A DNA stretch of 64,000 nucleotides from Phycicoccus sp. (GTDB lineage Bacteria > Actinomycetota > Actinomycetes > Actinomycetales > Dermatophilaceae). Shown here one piece after another: positions 55,290-63,540 of this stretch. Position 1 is the stretch's first letter, and each line of letters opens with the position of its first letter. The stretch lies in the NCBI GenBank assembly GCA_039812375.1, contig JBDIAO010000003.1, forward strand, positions 10,949 to 74,948. Reading direction: 5' to 3'. A program made the translations under genes and the position numbers. The notes beneath the pieces were generated by a model. That model made no database searches and was not told where the DNA came from. It saw only the letters and a program-made list of their open reading frames with translations.

Positions 55290-55690
55290 CCACCACGCCC
55301 AAGCCGACCGTCCTGTTCGTCTGCGTCCACAACGCGGGCCGCTCCCAGATGGCCGCCGGCCTCCTCACCCACCTAGCTGGGGACCGGATCGAGGTCCGCT
55401 CCGCCGGGACTGAGCCCGCCGACCAGCTCAACCCCGCCGTGGTCGACGCAATGCGCGAGGTCGGCATCGACATCACTGCCGCGCGGCCCAAGCTGCTCAC
55501 CACCGACGCCGTGAAAGCCGCCGATGTGGTCATCACGATGGGCTGCGGCGACACCTGCCCGATCTTCCCCGGCAAACGCTACGAAGACTGGCGACTCGAC
55601 GACCCCGCAGGCCAGGACATCGACGCCGTGCGACCGATCCGGGACGAGATCCAGACCCGCGTCCGCGACCTTGTCACCGATCTCACCTGA
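55286..55690 (+). CDS. arsC: arsenate reductase, LMW-PTP fold (thioredoxin/mycoredoxin-coupled ArsC)
   Basis: 134 aa from ATG 55286 (ATGA overlap). P-loop VLFVCVHNAGRSQMA, GCGDTCP. Confidence 0.9.
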   Translation: MTTTPKPTVLFVCVHNAGRSQMAAGLLTHLAGDRIEVRSAGTEPADQLNPAVVDAMREVGIDITAARPKLLTTDAVKAADVVITMGCGDTCPIFPGKRYEDWRLDDPAGQDIDAVRPIRDEIQTRVRDLVTDLT

Positions 55691-55756
55691 CCGAGACCGC
55701 CGTCAGCGGAACACCCCGCATACCTGCCTGGCATGAAGGTTGCGCCGCTCACCACG

Positions 55757-55790
55757 CTTCGTCGAACCACGGCCTTCGTCGAACCACGGC
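55757..55790. repeat. perfect 17-nt tandem duplication in the arsC-PBP gap
   Basis: CTTCGTCGAACCACGGC x2 (55757-55773, 55774-55790). Confidence 0.9.
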
Positions 55791-56064
55791 ACCCCTGTTG
55801 TTCCAGCACTGGGAGACCATCCGAGCTTGCCGGCACAGAGCGGAGACCGCCGATGACGACCGGCTCGTTGGGAGCCGCCTGGACCATGACGCCACCTCGC
55901 TCGCACCCAGGGCGCACCCAGCTCATAGCTTGAGGCCGGTTCGCGCTCCTGGCCCGCCCGACCGTCCTGGTCCGCCTCACGGCATCCGCGCTCGACAAGG
56001 TGCACGATGGCCGCCGCGATCGGCTGGTCGGTTGGGGTGTTCCAGGTCGCTGCTCTGGTCGACG

Positions 56065-58047
56065 ATGGGGGGCATGGACCACTCCGGAGATGTCCTCGTC
56101 GTGCGCCCTCACCGGCGGCCGTCCGCGCTGGTGGCCAGCCTCGTCGCAGTCGTCCTGCTGGTCGGCGCCGGAGTCGGGGGGTGGCTGTGGTGGCGAGAGC
56201 ACACCCTGACCGCCCAGGCCCGGGAGTGTGCTGCCGCCGTGGCCGCGGCCGTGGCGGCCGGCAAGCTCCCGGCCTGCGCAGATGTGGCCGACCGAGCCGC
56301 TGCCCAGAAGGCGCTCGGCGAGGCGGTGGCGGGGATGTCGCCGATGGAGCACACGGTCGAGGTCGCCTCGGTGAACCGTTCGGGTCATGCCGCGGAGGCG
56401 GTCTTCGCGCACCGGTGGCGCGACCCGGCAGGTGGCCACGAGTGGGCCTACCAGACCCGAATATCGTTGTCCCGCACCGGAGGAGGGTGGCGAGGGAAGT
56501 GGCAGCCGGACATCGTCGCTCCCAACCTGGCCTCCGGAGAGCACCTGCGCGCCGTCCGGCTCCCGGCCCAGCGGGGCGAGATCCTCGGAGCGGACGGGGC
56601 AGCCATCGTCACCGCGCGCCCGGTCGTGCGGGTAGGTATCGACAAGACCAAGGTCGACGAACAGGATGCCGAGGCCTCGGCCCGTGCCTTGGCACAGGCA
56701 CTGGGCGTGCAGCCCGGACCGTACGTGGCCGCAGTCCGGGACGCGGGGCCGCGGGCGTTCGTCGAGGCGATCGTGCTGCGGGAGGACGCGCCCGAGGTGG
56801 CCACCCTTGCCGGCATACTCAGCCGCATCCCGGGGTCCCTGCGAGTGTCCGACACGCTCCCCCTGGCCCCGACCCCGGCCTTCGCCCGTCCGATCCTGGG
56901 CACCGTCGGGCCAGCCACCGCAGAGATCGTCGCGGCATCGAAGGGGAAGGTCCGCGCCGGGGATGTCGTGGGCCTGAGCGGGCTGCAGGCCACGCGCGAC
57001 GAGCAGTTGCGCGGCATTCCGGGTCTGCGGGTGGAGACGGTCGCGCCCGGAGGGACCAAGGCGCGCACCCTGTTCGACGTGACCGCTACCGACGGGTCAC
57101 CGGTCCGGGTGAGCCTCGACGAACGGGTGCAACTCGCGGCAGAGGCGGCACTGTCCGAGGTCGCGCCGCCCAGCGCGATCGTCGCGATCCGGCCCTCCGA
57201 CGGGCACGTGCTCGCGGCCGCGAGCGGCCCCGGCAGCCAGGGACAGTCGACGGCCACGCTGGGCCGCTATGCCCCAGGGTCGACCTTCAAGGTCGTGACC
57301 ACCCTGGGCCTCCTGCGGGCGGGCGTCACCCCGACCAGCGAGTTGCCCTGCCCGACGACCATCACAGTCGACGGGCGGGTCTTCGGCAATCACACCGGAT
57401 ACCCGTCGGGCCAGACCGGGCCGATCTCCTTGGCTGAGGCGCTCGCGCAGTCGTGCAATACCGCCTTCATCGGCGCCCGCTCGAAGCTGCCGGAGGGCGC
57501 TCTGGCGGATGCCGCCGCGGCACTCGGGATGACCACCGAGCCCGCACTCGGCGTGCCCGCAGCAATGGGCAGTGTGCCCCGCCCGGCGTCCGAGGTCGAG
57601 GCCGCTGCGGCCATGATCGGCCAGGGGAAGGTCACCGCCTCGCCCCTGGCGATGGCGACGGTGGCGGCGAGCATCGCCCGCGGGAGCATCGTCCACCCGG
57701 CCCTGGTCATCGGCGGTGCGTCAGGTGACGGTGCGCCCGCGTCCAGCGCGCCCCCAGTCCCGGCCAAACCGCTCACCGCCGCCGAGGGGAAGGCTTTGCG
57801 CGAACTGATGCGAGGCGTCGTCACCACCGGGACCGCCCAGGCCCTCGAGGACCTCCCCGGCGTGCCGGTCATGGCCAAGACCGGCACGGCCGAGTACGGC
57901 AATGACCAGCCGCCCCGGACCCACGCATGGATGATCGCCATCCAAGGAGATCTCGCGGTTGCCGCCTTCGTCGAGGACGGGGAGGGCGGCGCCGCGACCG
58001 CCGGGCCGGTGCTCGCTGACCTCCTTCGCCAGCTGGCGGGGAGTTGA
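56065..58047 (+). CDS. penicillin-binding protein (class B-like transpeptidase with NTF2/MecA_N-like N-domain)
   Basis: N-terminal TM LVASLVAVVLLVGAGVGGWLWW. Transpeptidase motifs STFK, SCN and KTGT. Start ATG 56065 (alternative 56074). Confidence 0.85.
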   Translation: MGGMDHSGDVLVVRPHRRPSALVASLVAVVLLVGAGVGGWLWWREHTLTAQARECAAAVAAAVAAGKLPACADVADRAAAQKALGEAVAGMSPMEHTVEVASVNRSGHAAEAVFAHRWRDPAGGHEWAYQTRISLSRTGGGWRGKWQPDIVAPNLASGEHLRAVRLPAQRGEILGADGAAIVTARPVVRVGIDKTKVDEQDAEASARALAQALGVQPGPYVAAVRDAGPRAFVEAIVLREDAPEVATLAGILSRIPGSLRVSDTLPLAPTPAFARPILGTVGPATAEIVAASKGKVRAGDVVGLSGLQATRDEQLRGIPGLRVETVAPGGTKARTLFDVTATDGSPVRVSLDERVQLAAEAALSEVAPPSAIVAIRPSDGHVLAAASGPGSQGQSTATLGRYAPGSTFKVVTTLGLLRAGVTPTSELPCPTTITVDGRVFGNHTGYPSGQTGPISLAEALAQSCNTAFIGARSKLPEGALADAAAALGMTTEPALGVPAAMGSVPRPASEVEAAAAMIGQGKVTASPLAMATVAASIARGSIVHPALVIGGASGDGAPASSAPPVPAKPLTAAEGKALRELMRGVVTTGTAQALEDLPGVPVMAKTGTAEYGNDQPPRTHAWMIAIQGDLAVAAFVEDGEGGAATAGPVLADLLRQLAGS

Positions 58048-58081
58048 GCTGGGCGGCGGGAGGTGAGCTGGGCGGCGGGAG
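58045..58081. repeat. 18-nt unit repeated with 19-nt period, starting at the PBP stop codon
   Basis: TGAGCTGGGCGGCGGGAG at 58045-58062 and 58064-58081. The real TGA is at 58045-58047. Confidence 0.9.
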
Positions 58082-58119
58082 ATGGGCTGGACCGTGTGGG
58101 ATCTGGGACAAACGGCCTC

Positions 58120-58148
58120 TTGCGCTCTAGATCGAACATTAGTATGAT
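58120..58148 (+). promoter_or_regulatory. promoter TTGCGC-17 nt-TATGAT, predicting a leaderless transcript for the DUF222/HNH gene
   Basis: -35 at 58120-58125 and -10 at 58143-58148. The ATG at 58155 is 7 nt after the -10 element. This is the most AT-rich patch of the window. Confidence 0.4.
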
Positions 58149-58154
58149 CAGTAT

Positions 58155-59750
58155 ATGGAACCCGCCACTCCGACAGTCCATCGGTCTCTCCCCGGTGCGT
58201 CCGGAGTGCCTGCTCTTGGCCCCTTACCTCGGGCAGGTTCCGGCACGTCGGAGGTTGCCGGAGAGATTGCTGCCATGCGCACCCTCCTGGGATCCGTGGC
58301 CGTCGGCGACGTCGATGAGATCGATGATGCCGGGCGAATCGGACTCATCAGCGACCTCGATGCCTTGAAGAGTGCTGCCGCGGCGGCGCAGGCCAGGCTG
58401 ACCGCGACCTTCGAGGCCTCTCGACGAGCAGAGCACGCAGCCAAAGGGCAGAGCGCCTCGCGGGCCTGGCGGCACATCGGCGCGGCGATCGGCCTGGCTC
58501 GGCGCGAGTCTCCTGCGGATGGCGACCGGCGCATCGCGATCGCCCGGACCCTCGTGCATGACCTCCCGCACGCGATGGCGGCCCTGTCCGGCGGCTGGCT
58601 CAGCGAGCAGGCTGCCGGAGTAGTTGTGCGCGAGACGCGCGGACTGGATCCGCAGTTGCGCGGCCAACTCGACGCCCGCCTGGCCGGGCTCTATCCCGAA
58701 TCCCTCACCGAGCCGGACTTGCGTCGGGCGGTGCGCCGTATGGTGTTCGAGCTCGACCCCGACAGTGCCCGGGCGCGTTTCGAGCTCGCCCCGCACAACC
58801 GCCGGGTCACCCTCCGGCCCGCACGGGACGGGATGGCCTACCTGTCCATCTACGGGCGATGGCTCGAGGTCAAAGGTGCCCGTGACGTCCTGGCTGAACA
58901 CGCCACAGCGGTGACGCGCGGACGGGTCCCCGAGGACCAGCCCAGCGGGCGGACCCACGCGGAGATCATGACCGATGTCGCGCTGGCCTGGTTGAGCGGG
59001 CGCACGCCACGTCAGGGGCAGCCGGTCATGGTCAACCTGGTGATCACCGACCGGGCGCTGGCCGGGTGCGGCGACCCGAACCGGCCGATCAACGAGCCGG
59101 CCCACGTGCCCGGCTACGGCCCCGTCCCAGCCGACGTCGCCCGGGTCTGGGCGGGAGGCGAGCCCCTGTTGTCCGAGGAGTGGTATCCCGGCGAACCGGA
59201 GTCGGCCGCGATCTTCCTGCGCCGGATCTTTACCAGCCCTGAGGGCCGCGATCTGGTCGGCGTGGAGTCGAAGGCGCGCTACTTCCCGAAACCGTTGCGG
59301 GACATGATCGTCCTGCGCGACGAACGCTGCCGCTCCCCGTTCTGCCGCAACCGGATCACCGATGTCGACCACGTCCGACCCCACCACGCCGGTGGGCGAA
59401 CGAGCTACCGCAACGCTCAAGGGCTCTGCTCCCGATGCAACCAGACCAAAGAGTCGCCCGACTGGTGGGTCGTCTTGACCAACGACCTCGAGATGCCCGG
59501 AATCCATGCCGCCCACAGCGGCCACCCCCCGGGATCTCCGCACACCACCGAGACGATCACACCCACCGGGCACCACTACACATCCACCGCGCCACCAATC
59601 CTGGGTTGGGGCTGGAGCCCTCCGGAAGACGCCGCTCGTGGCGAGTGCCTCGTCACCCTCAGCCAGAGCACCGACCCCGACCCGAGCACCGACCCGAGCA
59701 CCGACCCCGGCACCGGCCCGGGCACCGACCCCGGCACGCTCGCGTCCTAG
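58155..59750 (+). CDS. DUF222 / HNH endonuclease (13E12-repeat-family type)
   Basis: DUF222-like N-terminus (LISDLDALKSAAAAAQARLTATF). HNH core CRSPFCRNRITDVDHVRPHHAGGRTSYRNAQGLCSRCNQTKE. Repetitive STDPDPSTDPSTDPGTGPGTDPGT tail. Alternative start ATG 58275. Confidence 0.85.
   Translation: MEPATPTVHRSLPGASGVPALGPLPRAGSGTSEVAGEIAAMRTLLGSVAVGDVDEIDDAGRIGLISDLDALKSAAAAAQARLTATFEASRRAEHAAKGQSASRAWRHIGAAIGLARRESPADGDRRIAIARTLVHDLPHAMAALSGGWLSEQAAGVVVRETRGLDPQLRGQLDARLAGLYPESLTEPDLRRAVRRMVFELDPDSARARFELAPHNRRVTLRPARDGMAYLSIYGRWLEVKGARDVLAEHATAVTRGRVPEDQPSGRTHAEIMTDVALAWLSGRTPRQGQPVMVNLVITDRALAGCGDPNRPINEPAHVPGYGPVPADVARVWAGGEPLLSEEWYPGEPESAAIFLRRIFTSPEGRDLVGVESKARYFPKPLRDMIVLRDERCRSPFCRNRITDVDHVRPHHAGGRTSYRNAQGLCSRCNQTKESPDWWVVLTNDLEMPGIHAAHSGHPPGSPHTTETITPTGHHYTSTAPPILGWGWSPPEDAARGECLVTLSQSTDPDPSTDPSTDPGTGPGTDPGTLAS
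59667..59745 (+). repeat. degenerate 12/18-nt in-frame repeats at the HNH gene 3' end
   Basis: AGCACCGACCC(C/G)... units encoding STDPDPSTDPSTDPGTGPGTDPGT. Confidence 0.8.
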
Positions 59751-59818
59751 TCCTGTTGAGCAGAGTCGTCAAGGCCGGCTCTCGAGCCACCTGGCCGGAG
59801 TCACATCCGTCATCCTCC

Positions 59819-59853
59819 GGGTGACCACAGCAGGGTGACCACAGCAGGGTGCC
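59819..59853. repeat. 14-nt tandem repeat (2.5 copies) between HNH and pirin genes
   Basis: GGGTGACCACAGCA x2 (59819-59846) plus partial GGGTGCC. It is flanked by direct repeats CATCCGTCATC at 59804-59814 and 59855-59865. Confidence 0.85.
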
Positions 59854-59922
59854 TCATCCGTCATCGGCGATCGTCCGGCGGCCAATCCTGATCGTCGGTG
59901 CACGACGACGTACCCTGATCAG

Positions 59923-60858
59923 GTGCCGGCGACAGTCCAGGTCCTGCGTCCGCGCGAGGTGCCACTGGGCGGGCCCCGGGCGATGACGGTGCGGCGCACT
60001 CTGCCGCATCGGAGTCGCTCCTTTGTCGGGGCGTGGTGCTTCCTCGACCACTACGGGCCGGACGATGTCACTCGCACCGGCGGCATGGACGTGCCGCCGC
60101 ACCCGCACACCGGGCTCGCCACGGTCTCACTCCTCTTCGAGGGGGAGGTCGAGCACCGGGACACCCTCGGCACACACGCCCTGGTCCGCCCGGGTGAGGT
60201 CAACCTGATGACCGCGGGGCACGGCATCGCCCACAGCGAGGTATCCACCCCGACAACGAGCGTGCTGCACGGCGTGCAGCTGTGGCTGGCCAGTCCGGAC
60301 ACCGTCCGGGACGGCCCCCGCGTCTTCGAGAACTACGCCGCCCCTGTCCTCGAGGTCGCCCCGGGGGTGCGTGCCCGGGTCTACATCGGCTCCCTCGCCG
60401 GGTATGCCGCGCCAGTGGCCACCGCGACCCCGCTGCTCGCCGCCGAAATCGATCTGGCTCCAGGCGCGACGTGGACGATTCCCGCTGATCCCCGACACGA
60501 GCACGCCGTCCTCGCCGACACCGTCCCGGTAACGCTGGAGGACACCGTGCTCGCCCCCGGCGAACTCGGGGTGGTCGACGCCGGTCCACCCGCCCTCACG
60601 GTGCGCGCCGAGGACATCCCGGCCCGGCTGCTCCTGCTCGGCGGGGAGCCGTTCGAGGAGGAGATCGTCATGTGGTGGAACTTCATCGCCCGCAGCGACG
60701 CCGAGCTGCGGACCATGCGTGAGCAGTGGCAGGACGATGTCGCCCGGGGTGAGCGCTACGGGATGGTCGCGGGATACACCGGCGACGTCGACTGGCTACC
60801 GGCACCGCAGATCCCCGCGGTCCGACTACGCCCGCGTGGCCGACTCGGCCACCGCTGA
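59923..60858 (+). CDS. pirin family protein
   Basis: Cupin metal motif PPHPHTGLATVSLLFEGEVEHRD, and GHGIAHSE. 311 aa, GTG start. Confidence 0.9.
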   Translation: MPATVQVLRPREVPLGGPRAMTVRRTLPHRSRSFVGAWCFLDHYGPDDVTRTGGMDVPPHPHTGLATVSLLFEGEVEHRDTLGTHALVRPGEVNLMTAGHGIAHSEVSTPTTSVLHGVQLWLASPDTVRDGPRVFENYAAPVLEVAPGVRARVYIGSLAGYAAPVATATPLLAAEIDLAPGATWTIPADPRHEHAVLADTVPVTLEDTVLAPGELGVVDAGPPALTVRAEDIPARLLLLGGEPFEEEIVMWWNFIARSDAELRTMREQWQDDVARGERYGMVAGYTGDVDWLPAPQIPAVRLRPRGRLGHR

Positions 60859-60869
60859 AGGCTCACCCC

Positions 60870-62060
60870 TCAGCTGCCGGGTAGCTGGCCGCCCGGGTAG
60901 GTCGCGCGCAACTCGTCCTGGGTCGGGATCCGCGGAACCCGCGCCTGGGGTGGCAGCAGCTCAGAGATCGCGTCCATGATCTGGCGAGTGTCAGCCGTCG
61001 CCGAACGGTAGCTCAGCTCGACGGGCGGTCCGACCGCGACCCGCACTCGAGGCGGGTCGAGCAGGTTGGTGACGTTCGGCAGGCGCTGGGAGCGCGGCCA
61101 CACCTTCTCAGTTCCCCAGAGCCCGAGAGGGATGACCGGGGCGCCGGTTGCGGCGGCGAGTCGAGCGGCTCCGGTCTTGCCCTTCAGCACCGGGTTGAAG
61201 AAGGCCGGTCCACGTGGGATGGTCCCCTCGGGCAGCAGAACGACCATCTCCCCGCCGGCGAGAGCAATCTTCGCCGCGTCATAGGACACCTGGCCACTGA
61301 CCCCACGGTCGACTCTGATCCCGCCGAATGCCGTGAGGAGCCGCCCGATGACGGGCAGGTCGAAGATCTCCGCCTTGCCCAGCAGCCGCACCGGCCGCCC
61401 GCAGGCCCGAACCACTTGGGCGATCGCTGCGACGTCGAAGTAGCTGCGATGGTTGCCGACGAGGATGAGCGGGCCACTACGTGGGATGTGGTCGACCCCG
61501 AAGACGTCGAAACGGGCATAAGGGAAGAACTCGGGACGGAACCAGACCCGCAGCAGGTCCTGCAGCTCGATCCCGACCACCGGGACCTTGAACACGCCCG
61601 GGCTGACGTCGACGTGGACGATGGGCCACCGCTTCGCCACAGCGAAGAGGACCATCCAGGGGTCGGGGTTGACCGCGGTGGGATGGCCGACCCCCAGGAG
61701 CAGCGGGATGTCATCAATCGAGTCCGAGTACGCATAGGACTGGGCCAGGTCGACACCGTGCCGCTGCGCCCAGTCCCGGACGGCGGCAAGCTTGCCCCGC
61801 GACCAGACGAAGGGCCCGATCATGCCCCCGTCGAACCGCCCCTCGTTATCGACCGAGTGGCCGGTGGTGATGACGTCGTCGAATCCGAGTTTCTCGGCCA
61901 GCGGGGCGATGAGGTGCTTCGGGGTTGTCGTGGCCAGGATGACCTCCCGGCCAGCCTGATGGTGCTGCTCGATGAGGTCGACCATTGCCCGGGGGAGCAG
62001 CGGCACGGTCCCACCCTGGAGCAGTGTGCGATCCAGGTCGAAGAAAGCCGCCCCGCTCAT
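60870..62060 (-). CDS. HAD-IB hydrolase fused to lysophospholipid (PlsC-type) acyltransferase
   Basis: HAD motif I FFDLDRTLL and motif IV YSDSIDDIPLL. Acyltransferase motifs GNHRSYFDV (HX4D), FGGIRVDR and LPEGTIPRG. Confidence 0.85.
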   Translation of the reverse strand: MSGAAFFDLDRTLLQGGTVPLLPRAMVDLIEQHHQAGREVILATTTPKHLIAPLAEKLGFDDVITTGHSVDNEGRFDGGMIGPFVWSRGKLAAVRDWAQRHGVDLAQSYAYSDSIDDIPLLLGVGHPTAVNPDPWMVLFAVAKRWPIVHVDVSPGVFKVPVVGIELQDLLRVWFRPEFFPYARFDVFGVDHIPRSGPLILVGNHRSYFDVAAIAQVVRACGRPVRLLGKAEIFDLPVIGRLLTAFGGIRVDRGVSGQVSYDAAKIALAGGEMVVLLPEGTIPRGPAFFNPVLKGKTGAARLAAATGAPVIPLGLWGTEKVWPRSQRLPNVTNLLDPPRVRVAVGPPVELSYRSATADTRQIMDAISELLPPQARVPRIPTQDELRATYPGGQLPGS

Positions 62061-62142
62061 GCATACACAGGCTACCTACCGGTTTGCCGGAGTAGCGTCG
62101 GACTCTGGGCCGGCCATCACCGGCCGGAAGGAGCGAACCGGG

Positions 62143-62592
62143 ATGTGTTCCTACTGCGGCTGCGAGAACATTGAGGTCATCGGGCGCTTCATGGCCGAGC
62201 ACGTCGACCTCATCAACGCCTCGGCGGACCTTGGCCTGGCCTGCGAGAGCGGGGACTCGACCACCGTCCAGGTCGCAGCCAGAACACTCGCCGAGCTGCT
62301 GCACCCGCACGGCGGCGCCGAGGAAGTCGGCCTGTTCACGGTCCTGGCCGAGGATCCCGAGTTCTCTGAGCACGTCCGGGAGCTGTGCGGCGAGCACGTC
62401 GACCTCGACGCCCGCCTCAGCGCGATCATCACCGGCGAGCACACAACATACGCGGACTTCGACCGGGCCCTACGCCGGCACATCGACCGGGAGGAGAACG
62501 GCGTCTTCCCTGCGGCCGCGATCGCCTTCGCCGGACCGGAGTGGCAGCGGGTCGCTGACCTCACTCCGCCGCCGGTTCGCCTGCCCGGATGA
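62143..62592 (+). CDS. hemerythrin-like (HHE cation-binding) domain protein with N-terminal CxxCxC
   Basis: 149 aa from ATG 62143, with GGAAGGAG upstream. MCSYCGCE, and His/Glu pairs FMAEH..., LHPHGGAEE and HIDREE. Confidence 0.7.
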   Translation: MCSYCGCENIEVIGRFMAEHVDLINASADLGLACESGDSTTVQVAARTLAELLHPHGGAEEVGLFTVLAEDPEFSEHVRELCGEHVDLDARLSAIITGEHTTYADFDRALRRHIDREENGVFPAAAIAFAGPEWQRVADLTPPPVRLPG

Positions 62593-63496
62593 CCTCGAGC
62601 CAGGCCCGGGCGCGGGCATAGTCGCCGTCGCTGGCCTGTGGCGCAATCGTCGCCGCGAGCCGATCGGCCCGCGGGTAGGAGCCGAGGAAGACGACCTCTG
62701 CGCAGATCCGTTTGAGCCCCACCAGGGCGTCGCCGACTCGCTCGTCCTGCACGTGCCCTTCGAGGTCGATGGAGAAGCAGTAGGACCCCATCGAGTCCTT
62801 CGTCGGACGGGACTCCAACCGCGTCATGTTGATCCCCCGGGTGGCGAACTGCTCGAGGAGTTCGAGCAGGCCACCGGCGTGGTCCTCGCGCTGATAGAGG
62901 ACAACGGTCGTCTTGTCCGCACCCGTGGCCGCAGGCAACGATCCCGGGCGGGCGACGACGACGAACCGGGTCACTGCCTGGGTGATGTCGCCGATGTCGT
63001 GGGCCAGTATCGCCAAGCCGTTTTGCTCGGCAGCGATCGGAGCGCACACCGTCGCCTGGTAGGACTGGGCAGCCTCGCCGAGGGCGACCGGGCCGGCGGC
63101 GGTCGACAGGGTCGGCACGAAGGTTGCCTCCCCCAGGTGTGTGGCGACATAGCCGCGGACCTGGGCCCACGCGTGACTGTGGGTGCCGATCGCCGTGACG
63201 TCCTGCAGTCGGGTACCTGCCCGCGCGGCGAGGACGAAGGTCACCGGGACCAGAACCTCACCGACGACCACGAGCGGGGTGCCGTCGGTGAGCGAATCGA
63301 GGGTGGCCGTGACGCCACCCTCGACGGAGTTCTCGATGGGGACCACCGCGGCGTCGGCGGTATCAGCCCGCACCGCAGCCAGGCAGGCCGGAACACTCTC
63401 CAACGGGACATGCTCAGCCCCGAGCGCCGGCGCCCACGCGTGCAATGCCATCTGAGTGAAGGTGCCGGCGGGTCCGAGGTAGGCGTATCGGGTCAC
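62561..63496 (-). CDS. pheA: prephenate dehydratase
   Basis: YLGPAGTFT, PIENSVEGGV, TRF, and the ACT-domain block TRLESRPTK. 311 aa. Confidence 0.9.
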   Translation of the reverse strand: MTRYAYLGPAGTFTQMALHAWAPALGAEHVPLESVPACLAAVRADTADAAVVPIENSVEGGVTATLDSLTDGTPLVVVGEVLVPVTFVLAARAGTRLQDVTAIGTHSHAWAQVRGYVATHLGEATFVPTLSTAAGPVALGEAAQSYQATVCAPIAAEQNGLAILAHDIGDITQAVTRFVVVARPGSLPAATGADKTTVVLYQREDHAGGLLELLEQFATRGINMTRLESRPTKDSMGSYCFSIDLEGHVQDERVGDALVGLKRICAEVVFLGSYPRADRLAATIAPQASDGDYARARAWLEVIRAGEPAAE

Positions 63497-63540
63497 GGGC
63501 CACAGGGTATGCCGTGGCTTGCGGCTAGGCTGCTCCGGCC

